DNA of 64,000 nt, taken from a virus. Taxonomy: Duplodnaviria; Heunggongvirae; Uroviricota; Caudoviricetes. Below the pieces are notes generated by a model, which worked only from the letters and a program-made list of their open reading frames with translations, made no database searches and was not told the DNA's origin. Shown piece by piece: positions 56,336 through 64,000 of the stretch (the stretch's first letter is position 1; each line of letters opens with the position of its first letter). The translations under genes and the position numbers were made by a program. The stretch spans positions 175,836 to 239,835 of IMG/VR virus record IMGVR_UViG_3300033076_000838; one strand, 5' to 3'.

Positions 56336-57106
56336 ATGACATCATTACAAGATTTAGAATATCTAAAAAACAATCTTACAAACAATCAGGAATTTAACGA
56401 ATCACATGAAGTGGAGGATAAACCAGTTCCATATCGTTGGTCACATGGTGCTACTGATTTACACTTAGGAGATGGTTTAATTGTTTACTCAATTATTCAA
56501 TATATGCGAGCAAAAGTTTGTGTATGTTTGGGTAGTGGTGGTGGATTCATACCTCGTATAATGACTCAAGCTAGATACGATTTACATCAACAAAAAATAT
56601 TTGAAGGTGATAATAATTTAAGTTGGGGTGATATTGGAGTTACATACGTTGTTGATGCAATGAACGGAATTGGTGGAAATGTTGATTGGTTTAGAGAAGA
56701 ATCATTTTTCAGAAGAACATTTCACCCACGTATCATCAGTAATACTACCGAAAACGCATTTCATAATTTTTTTGTGTTAAACGATATTCAAATTGATTAT
56801 TTACATATCGATGCAGGACATTCATATGAAAATGTAAAGGAAGATTTTGATTTATACACTCAATTATTATCACCAAATGGTATTGTATCAATTCACGATA
56901 CTGACCCAAATTATGCAGATAGTTATATCGTTACAAATGAAGTGAAAGATAGAGGTGATTTTGATGATTGGCACGGACCGATTACTTTTGCAAAAGAATT
57001 AAAAAATAATTCAGAGTGGGAAACATTTGACCTATTTAATTTTGGAATTCAAAAAAATAAACCAGCATCCACAGGAATAACATTAGTTAGAAGATGTCAA
57101 AAATAA
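56336..57106 (+). CDS. Class I SAM-dependent methyltransferase (Methyltransf_24-like)
   Basis: VCLGSGGG, LHIDAGHSYE, LSPNGIVSIHD. ATG at 56336 (the track starts at TTG 56330). Confidence 0.85.
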   Translation: MTSLQDLEYLKNNLTNNQEFNESHEVEDKPVPYRWSHGATDLHLGDGLIVYSIIQYMRAKVCVCLGSGGGFIPRIMTQARYDLHQQKIFEGDNNLSWGDIGVTYVVDAMNGIGGNVDWFREESFFRRTFHPRIISNTTENAFHNFFVLNDIQIDYLHIDAGHSYENVKEDFDLYTQLLSPNGIVSIHDTDPNYADSYIVTNEVKDRGDFDDWHGPITFAKELKNNSEWETFDLFNFGIQKNKPASTGITLVRRCQK

Positions 57107-57942
57107 ATTTAGTTACTGTCGTTGGCCATAACACAACTATGTTAGGACATATGATTCAACATTATAAAAATATAGTTGATGAAATTCATGTGGTTGTTTA
57201 TAGACAAAACGTAAATGATGGTATATTGGATGAAGTTAAAAAATTAGGCATAATACCAATCAAAGTAGTTACTGAACCAAAATTTAATTGGGAACGGGTA
57301 ACTGAATTATATAATGAAATTAAACAAACCAAACCAAACGAATGGTGGGTAGTTTCAGACGATGATGAATTCCACATTTATCCAAAACCAATTAAAGAAC
57401 TGATTTCAGAATGCGAAGAAAATGGTTGGGATTTTATAACAGGTGGATTCATAGATAGGATAGGAGAAAATGGAGAATTTCCAATCGTTGAGAAAGACTC
57501 TAATATTTGGGAAAAGTTTCCACTTGCTGGATTTTTTAGGCATCCGATGAGTGGGGCTTGTCCTAATAAAGTTTGTGTAATGAAAGGATATGTTGATGTA
57601 ACCCCTGGTCAACATTATGCTAAAATTGGTGATAGTGATACTTGGAGAGAAAGGGGTTGGAATCACCCAAAACGATACCCATATGGTAATGGTGAAGGAT
57701 TTATACAAGTTCATCATTTTAAATGGGATTCGACCGTTTTAGAAAGATTAAAAGAAGTTTCTGAAACAAAAGAAGATTATACATTTTGGAAAGAATATAA
57801 AAAAATGTATAGAGGCATACAAATAAATGATTGGAAAATTGATATTAATAATCCTACATTTATGATAGAAAAAATGACAGATAATACTCATTCTGATTAT
57901 TCAAAATGGGATAAACTAACAAGAATTATACTTCATATATGA
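57094..57942 (+). CDS. GT-A glycosyltransferase (GT2-like)
   Basis: HMIQHY...; WWVVSDDDEF (DxD); HHFKW. Confidence 0.75.
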   Translation: MSKINLVTVVGHNTTMLGHMIQHYKNIVDEIHVVVYRQNVNDGILDEVKKLGIIPIKVVTEPKFNWERVTELYNEIKQTKPNEWWVVSDDDEFHIYPKPIKELISECEENGWDFITGGFIDRIGENGEFPIVEKDSNIWEKFPLAGFFRHPMSGACPNKVCVMKGYVDVTPGQHYAKIGDSDTWRERGWNHPKRYPYGNGEGFIQVHHFKWDSTVLERLKEVSETKEDYTFWKEYKKMYRGIQINDWKIDINNPTFMIEKMTDNTHSDYSKWDKLTRIILHI

Positions 57943-59414
57943 AAGATAAATTAGCATTAATAGTTCCATATCGCGATAGACAAGACCACTTAAATGTGTT
58001 TATACCACATATGACTAAATTCCTCCAAAACAAAGGAATTGATTATACTATTTTTGTAGCAGAACAAGCAGATGAAAGACCATTTAATTATGGTAAGTTG
58101 TGTAATGCGGTTATAAATGAAATATCCGATGAATACACTTATTTTTGTTTTCACGATGTTGATATGTTGCCATTAACGGATGATTGTGATTATGGATATC
58201 CAGAAACACCAATTCATTTAGCAACAAATGTAGAGGCACATAATAATGAATTACCATATCCACAATATTTTGGTGGGGTTATATTGATTAATAGAGAAGA
58301 TTTTGAAAACTCAAACGGATATTCAAATGAATATTGGGGGTATGGGTTTGAAGATTTAGATTTATTACGAAGATTAGAAAAATCAGGTGCATATTTAGAA
58401 AAATACTATGATTTAAATCAAACATATTCTTATTATGATAAGGATGATACTTTACCATATAGAATAGAAAATGTAAATATTTCAAATAGTAATAAAACAC
58501 ATATATTAAAAGCAATAAATTTACCAAAAGGTAATAGAATTTATGGAATACAAAATCCTATAATGAAAACCTTTACTAATTCATCATTTACAATTTCATT
58601 ATGGTTTAAAGACGATTCCGATAACACCGATAAAAAGAATTTATTTTCATTTGAAGGGTGCGATACCGGATTATTTTTATCGGCAGATGGAAATTCAAAC
58701 ACTTATGTGATTGGTCAAATTTGGAATAAAAATCAAGAACACTTTGAAGTATCCGTTGAATATTATAAAAATCGTTGGAATAATGTAGTGTTTGAATACA
58801 ATAAAGAACAAAATTTAATTAGAATTGTTCTAAATAATAAAAAAATTGTAGAAAGAAAATTATACAATTTTGAAATGTTTGATTATAGTGATAAATGTAT
58901 TAAAATATCAGATTTAGAAACTGACATTAAGTTAGCAAATATAATAACCTTTAATAATATTATTTCAGATTTACATATTAAAAAATTGTATTACGAAGGA
59001 AACGAATATTTGGAAATTTTATCATCAATTGATGGATGTACTCCAACTAATATTTTTACATTTGATTCATTATATAATGGTAGATTTATATTAGATAAAG
59101 GTAAAAATTCTAATCATATTAAGTTAGAAGGAACATATTCACCCTATACCGAAATGATAACATTATCAGATGTAGTTTATTTACCAACTAGAATTGAAGG
59201 ATTATATAAATCATTAGTTCATAAAGAAGATACACATATTATAAACAAATATTATAATTTTGACCCAGATATTGAGGAAAATGCTGATATATTCTTTAAT
59301 GAAGTTTTACGTGATAAAATAGATTTTACTAAATTAGGATTATCTAATGTAAAATATACTTTATTAAATAATGAAGAAAAAGAAAACTATGTTTTAATAA
59401 AAATAGTAACTTAA
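57939..59414 (+). CDS. GT7-like galactosyltransferase with inserted LamG-like domain
   Basis: IVPYRDR, FNYGKLCN, FHDVD, YFGGV, GYSNEYWGYGFEDLD; LamG-like insert; GLSNVKY end. Confidence 0.8.
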   Translation: MKDKLALIVPYRDRQDHLNVFIPHMTKFLQNKGIDYTIFVAEQADERPFNYGKLCNAVINEISDEYTYFCFHDVDMLPLTDDCDYGYPETPIHLATNVEAHNNELPYPQYFGGVILINREDFENSNGYSNEYWGYGFEDLDLLRRLEKSGAYLEKYYDLNQTYSYYDKDDTLPYRIENVNISNSNKTHILKAINLPKGNRIYGIQNPIMKTFTNSSFTISLWFKDDSDNTDKKNLFSFEGCDTGLFLSADGNSNTYVIGQIWNKNQEHFEVSVEYYKNRWNNVVFEYNKEQNLIRIVLNNKKIVERKLYNFEMFDYSDKCIKISDLETDIKLANIITFNNIISDLHIKKLYYEGNEYLEILSSIDGCTPTNIFTFDSLYNGRFILDKGKNSNHIKLEGTYSPYTEMITLSDVVYLPTRIEGLYKSLVHKEDTHIINKYYNFDPDIEENADIFFNEVLRDKIDFTKLGLSNVKYTLLNNEEKENYVLIKIVT

Positions 59415-59418
59415 AAAT

Positions 59419-59643
59419 ATGATAAATACTATAATTAAAAATGAAAAGGCTGTAAAAACGTTAGAACGATTAGCAGATGAATTAGAAAATTTAAAAACAA
59501 AAGAAACCGATTTATCATTCGTTCCGGCAATGATTTTTCTGATATTAGAAAGATTCAGAACATCTAATACTCCGTTTCCTATAACATTTTTCACCAAACA
59601 ACCAAATAAAAAAAATAAAAAAAATGGCAAAACAATTAAATGA
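59419..59643 (+). CDS. Small hypothetical protein
   Basis: ORF track; shares VKxLERxADxLE with the next gene. Confidence 0.45.
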   Translation: MINTIIKNEKAVKTLERLADELENLKTKETDLSFVPAMIFLILERFRTSNTPFPITFFTKQPNKKNKKNGKTIK

Positions 59644-59863
59644 TTCTTCGATAGAAGAAAGAGGTGTTAAGGCATTAGAAAGAATAGCCGATACATTAGA
59701 AGACATGAACGATTGGGTTTATGCATTAGAAACCGATGCCTGGTCTGAAAGATTAGAGTGGTATTTGAATGAATTTTATATGATTGCAAAAGCTAAAACA
59801 ATTGGTTCAGTAAATAGACCAGTAAGAGATGCCGAAAGACAAGAAACCGATAGTGAAAAGTAA
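59624..59863 (+). CDS. Small hypothetical protein
   Basis: ORF track; A-rich start context. Confidence 0.65.
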   Translation: MAKQLNDSSIEERGVKALERIADTLEDMNDWVYALETDAWSERLEWYLNEFYMIAKAKTIGSVNRPVRDAERQETDSEK

Positions 59864-61271
59864 GCATAAATTAGGAGTTATTGTTCCATATCGTAATAGA
59901 GAAACCCAACTTAGTAGGTTTTTAAAACATATGGATAAATATCTAACTAATTATGATTATCAAATCTTCATAGTAGAACAAAACGGAAGTGCTCCGTTTA
60001 ATCGTGGTAAACTATTAAATATAGGTTATAAAATTGCGTGCGATTATAATTGTGATTATTTTGTATTTCATGATGTTGATATGTTACCAGAAAAAGTAGA
60101 TTATTCATATACGGATAAACCACTACATTTGGCTACTCATTTACAAGAAAATGATTATGAAACATCATTTTTTGATTATTTTGGTGGTGTTACTCTTTTT
60201 AACAAAGAAGATTTTGCTAAAATAAATGGGTATTCTAATGAATATGTTGGATGGGGGTTTGAAGATGATGATTTATTAATTCGTTGTATTCAATCAGATT
60301 TAGAAATTGATTTTGAAAATTCTAATGATGATGATATTAAAGAAATTGAAACATTTAAATTTGATGGAGATTTTTCATATATTGAATTACAAAAAATAAA
60401 AAACGCATCTTTTTTATCTGATGATTTTTCCATTTCAGTAATGGTTAAACCATCCGATGTTCAAATTAACCCAAACAAACAATATGATGAATATCCAATA
60501 GTTTCTATACCAGGTTATAACATAGGAATATTTTATAATTCATTTCGTAGATTCTTTTGTCAAATTTTTGATAAAAATAAAAATCCATATTCAATAACAA
60601 CTGATATTTTGGGTGAGCGTTGGGTTCATTTAACTATGGTGTTTAAAAACAACACCGAAGTTTATTTTTATTTAGATGGTCAATTAATAGATACTATAAA
60701 AATGAATGAAGAAATATTAGAATTATCTACTGATAAAATATACATAGGTTCTGCTAGTGGTAAAAAGGATAATAAAGATTTCTTCTATGGTAATATTGCA
60801 AATGTAGAAATGTATGATATTGGATTAGAGGCTAATGAAGTTTTAGAAATATACAAAAATAGTTTAAAACCTAAAATTAGAAATTTTGGAAATTTTAAAT
60901 CATCCGAATACCTATATTTCCAACTACTACCAGAATTATCAAATGATACAACCTGTGTAGAATTAGCAAATGAATATAAACCAAAATTAAATAATGTTAA
61001 ATTAGAAAAATTAAAACAATCATTTAATACTTTTTTACCTAAACCATATAGAAGAGATGGTAAGTTTAAATCATTAAAACATCAATCTAATTCATCAGTA
61101 GGAAATCGTTGGGTTCAAACTGAAACTAGAAAAAATCAATTAAGATATTATAACGAAGTTAGAACAAATATTATAGATTATCATATTGATGGGTTGAATA
61201 CATTACGTTATACGGAATCTGAAAAAATAGTAATATCACCAAACACATTACATATAAAAGTAAATTTATAA
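59829..61271 (+). CDS. GT7-like galactosyltransferase with inserted LamG-like domain
   Basis: IVPYRNR, FNRGKLLN, FHDVD, GWGFEDDD; LamG-like FYGNIANVEMY; DGLNTLRY. Confidence 0.85.
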   Translation: MPKDKKPIVKSKHKLGVIVPYRNRETQLSRFLKHMDKYLTNYDYQIFIVEQNGSAPFNRGKLLNIGYKIACDYNCDYFVFHDVDMLPEKVDYSYTDKPLHLATHLQENDYETSFFDYFGGVTLFNKEDFAKINGYSNEYVGWGFEDDDLLIRCIQSDLEIDFENSNDDDIKEIETFKFDGDFSYIELQKIKNASFLSDDFSISVMVKPSDVQINPNKQYDEYPIVSIPGYNIGIFYNSFRRFFCQIFDKNKNPYSITTDILGERWVHLTMVFKNNTEVYFYLDGQLIDTIKMNEEILELSTDKIYIGSASGKKDNKDFFYGNIANVEMYDIGLEANEVLEIYKNSLKPKIRNFGNFKSSEYLYFQLLPELSNDTTCVELANEYKPKLNNVKLEKLKQSFNTFLPKPYRRDGKFKSLKHQSNSSVGNRWVQTETRKNQLRYYNEVRTNIIDYHIDGLNTLRYTESEKIVISPNTLHIKVNL

Positions 61272-62710
61272 TGAAATTAGGAGTTTGTGTTCCATATAGA
61301 AATAGAGAAGAACATTTAAAACAATTTATACCGGCGGTTAGTAAATATTTAACCGAACAAGGTATAGATTTTTGTATTTATTTTGGTCATCAAACTGATG
61401 ATAAATTATTTAATAGAGGTGCAATGAAAAATATTGCAGCTAAACACGCATTTGAGGATGGGTGTGATTATATAGTTTGGCATGATATTGATATGATACC
61501 AGAAGAAGGATGTGATTATTCTTTTCCAACAGAAACTCCAATTCATATTGCAACTAATATCTCACAAATGGATTATAAATTAAAGTATGAAGAATACTTT
61601 GGTGGTGCTGTAATTTTTTCAAAAGAACAAGTCGAAAAAACCAACGGATATTCTAATGATTATTGGGATTGGGGTATGGAAGATGATGACCTATTTTGGA
61701 GGTGTGTATTGGAGGGGTATGTAGATGATTCTTATATGAAATTTCCAAATGAACCAAAAAATTTTTTATCATTTAATGGTAAGGATTCATACGTTCACAT
61801 ACCGGCCACTCGTAGTTTACGAAATTTAACATCACGTTCTCACACAATTTCGGTTTTAGTTCGTGCACATCAACAAGAAGAAAAAGTTCCAATTTGGTTA
61901 GTTGGTGATGAACAACGGAGATTTTGTGAATATCCAATATTAAGAAGACCGGGGTATGATTATGGACTTAGTTATAATAATAGTAGAGCATATACTGCAC
62001 AATTATGGAATAACCAACGAGAACATCTATATCAGTGGATGAAACGATATGAAAATCGTTGGACAATCGTAACGTTAGTTGTTGATGAAAATAATATTCA
62101 TTTTTATATGAATGGTAAAGAATCGGATGCAAGGCATGGAACTGGTACTCATTCTCCACAATATTTTGAAGGAATGTTGAAACGTTATGGTATGGTTGAT
62201 TATTATTTAGGAACAACTACATCAGTTGGAAAAGATGATGTAAATAAATGGTTCAAAGGAGATATTGCAGAAGTTAAAATGTGGGATAGAGCTTTATCAA
62301 AAAATGAAGTAGAAAATATTGCAAATACTACTTCAACCGATGGTTTAATTTTACACTATGATTTCAAAGATGGTGGTGTTGATGATAAAAGTGGTAATGG
62401 TAATGATGGTATTGCATATAATTGTGAAAATAAATTAGAACCGATTCAAATTCCATATACTATTATTCCACATAGAAGACCGGGAAGATTACGTTGTTTA
62501 CCTCATAAAGATGAAGGTTTGGTAAAAATAGGTGGTGTTGATAAATGGGCAAAGGGTGAAACTACTGCAAGAAACGAAAGAAGATATGTTTTACAAATGC
62601 AACAAGGAAAATGGGATTATAAATCAGATGGAATTACACAATTAAAATATGAATTAGTTTCAATTGATGAAATAACTCCTAAAGCAAAATTGATAAATGT
62701 AAAACTTTAA
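61271..62710 (+). CDS. GT7-like galactosyltransferase with inserted LamG-like domain
   Basis: VPYRNR, FNRGAMKN, WHDID, WGMEDDD; LamG-like FKGDIAEVKMWDRAL; DGITQLKY. Confidence 0.85.
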   Translation: MKLGVCVPYRNREEHLKQFIPAVSKYLTEQGIDFCIYFGHQTDDKLFNRGAMKNIAAKHAFEDGCDYIVWHDIDMIPEEGCDYSFPTETPIHIATNISQMDYKLKYEEYFGGAVIFSKEQVEKTNGYSNDYWDWGMEDDDLFWRCVLEGYVDDSYMKFPNEPKNFLSFNGKDSYVHIPATRSLRNLTSRSHTISVLVRAHQQEEKVPIWLVGDEQRRFCEYPILRRPGYDYGLSYNNSRAYTAQLWNNQREHLYQWMKRYENRWTIVTLVVDENNIHFYMNGKESDARHGTGTHSPQYFEGMLKRYGMVDYYLGTTTSVGKDDVNKWFKGDIAEVKMWDRALSKNEVENIANTTSTDGLILHYDFKDGGVDDKSGNGNDGIAYNCENKLEPIQIPYTIIPHRRPGRLRCLPHKDEGLVKIGGVDKWAKGETTARNERRYVLQMQQGKWDYKSDGITQLKYELVSIDEITPKAKLINVKL

Positions 62711-62736
62711 TATATATAGATATATAAAATTAAGTT

Positions 62737-64000
62737 ATGGAAAATAAATTTTACGAGCACTCTTTGAAGGTAAAAGAAGAGTTAAATAAGACCGGATGTG
62801 GATTTTGTTTAGCAAAATGGACACAAGTTACAATGCACTTACAAATAGGTCATACACACTCATGTCACCATCCAGGTACACATCCGATACCTGAAAGAGA
62901 AATTAGACGTAACCCATCTGCATTACATAATACACGTTTTAAGAAAATTCGTAGAAAAGAAATGTTGGAAGGTAAACGACCAACTGAATGTGATTATTGT
63001 TGGAATGTGGAAGATAATTCTAATGAATTTTCAGATAGAATTTTTAAATCAGGTGAACCTTGGTCTCATCCACATATGAAAGAAATTAAAGCATTAGATT
63101 GGAAAGCAGATTTCAACCCAAAATATGTAGAAGTTTCTTTTTCAAATGCTTGTAATTTTAAATGTTCGTATTGTTCTCCACAATTTTCAACTCGTTGGAT
63201 GGAAGAAATAGAACAATATGGTGGGTATCCTACAACTGATAATTTCAACGATTTATCATATCTTAGACAAGAGGATAAAATGCCAATACCAATTTCACAA
63301 GAAAATCCATATGTTGAAGCATTTTGGAAATGGTGGCCAGAATTATATCGTGATTTATATACATTCCGTATAACAGGTGGTGAACCACTTATGAGTAAAG
63401 ATACTTGGGAAGTATTAGATTATATTATAGAACAAGAAAATCCCAATAAGAATTTATCATTAGCTATTAACTCAAACTTAGGAGTACCTGATAAATTGAT
63501 TGATAAATTTATTGATAAAATAAATAGAATTACACAAGAGGATAGAGTTAAGGATTTTGTAATTTTTACATCATGTGACACCAAAGGACCTCAAGCAGAA
63601 TACATTAGAAATGGTATGGTTTATAACCAATTTATGGATAATGTAAATAAAATCTTAGAAAAATGTCCAAGAGTAAATATTACTTTTATGACAACATACA
63701 ATGCGTTATCCGTTCCAAATTTTGGTGGTATGATTGCAGATGTATATGATTTAAAATATGCACATAAGAGCACTGATAGATATTGGCCAAATGCTGTGTT
63801 ATTAGATAGTTCATATTTAAGACATCCACAACATCAAGCAGTAAAAACTTTAATGGCAGATGATTCACATGATTGGGGAGTTGATATATTAAACCAAGCA
63901 AAACTTATGGATTTCTTAGCAACCCCATATGCAGCTAAAACCGAAGCAGGTTATGGTGATATGGAAATTGCAAAAGTAAAAAGAATTTACGATTGGTATA
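62737..64000 (+). CDS. Radical SAM protein with N-terminal twitch/SPASM-like Cys cluster, partial (runs off window end)
   Basis: Manual translation MENKFYEH...FCLAKW...SCHH...CDYCW...CNFKCSYC...GGEP; no stop before 64000. Confidence 0.85.
   Translation, partial: MENKFYEHSLKVKEELNKTGCGFCLAKWTQVTMHLQIGHTHSCHHPGTHPIPEREIRRNPSALHNTRFKKIRRKEMLEGKRPTECDYCWNVEDNSNEFSDRIFKSGEPWSHPHMKEIKALDWKADFNPKYVEVSFSNACNFKCSYCSPQFSTRWMEEIEQYGGYPTTDNFNDLSYLRQEDKMPIPISQENPYVEAFWKWWPELYRDLYTFRITGGEPLMSKDTWEVLDYIIEQENPNKNLSLAINSNLGVPDKLIDKFIDKINRITQEDRVKDFVIFTSCDTKGPQAEYIRNGMVYNQFMDNVNKILEKCPRVNITFMTTYNALSVPNFGGMIADVYDLKYAHKSTDRYWPNAVLLDSSYLRHPQHQAVKTLMADDSHDWGVDILNQAKLMDFLATPYAAKTEAGYGDMEIAKVKRIYDWY

Noticed and set aside
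1-64000. Stop-codon reassignment, as seen in some large phages
   Set aside because: Code 11 gives long, densely packed ORFs, and TAA, TAG and TGA all end genes at sensible boundaries.
1-64000. Eukaryotic virus (NCLDV) or eukaryotic origin suggested by P4H, GT7 and HPAT-like genes
   Set aside because: Bacteroidota-type promoters, intrinsic terminators, gp25/gp6-like baseplate genes, peptidoglycan hydrolases, a phage sigma and an S74 tail fibre all indicate a bacteriophage.
1-64000. tRNA or rRNA genes
   Set aside because: Intergenic gaps are short and I found no cloverleaf or T-loop (GTTCRA) context by eye; tRNAscan-SE would confirm.

Overview
This is a 64-kb, very AT-rich segment of a large T4-like tailed-phage (myovirus-type) genome, read in standard code 11. 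The host is most likely Bacteroidota: early genes carry TTTG-N20-TAnnTTT(G/A) promoters. Layout: (1) 1-8.3 kb, a minus-strand late cluster of tailoring enzymes (three 2OG-Fe(II) oxygenases, a flavin halogenase-like protein, two sulfotransferase-like proteins, an SGNH protein) around a circularly permuted ATP-grasp / Hint / Cys-Trp-rich peptide fusion. (2) 8.4-21.4 kb, metabolism, repair and regulation (IscA, UV endonuclease, SF2 helicase, ThyA, peptide deformylase, gp55-like sigma, carbamoyltransferase, a gene enclosed by paired UTRs, an Ntn hydrolase). (3) 21.4-40.6 kb, baseplate/tail genes with two lysins. (4) 40.6-46 kb, GIY-YIG nuclease, primase, fused SbcD-SbcC and an RHH regulator. (5) 46-64 kb, tail fibre, a Pro-Thr-repeat protein and a prolyl hydroxylase / glycosyltransferase / methyltransferase / radical SAM cluster. 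The two strongest candidates for undescribed systems are (A) a self-releasing, enzyme-fused Cys/Trp-rich peptide with RiPP-like tailoring enzymes, and (B) a plant/algal-like hydroxyproline O-glycosylation pathway apparently aimed at a virion Pro-Thr protein. Family calls come from motif recognition by eye; no database searches were run. I saw no tRNA, rRNA, CRISPR array or reverse transcriptase.
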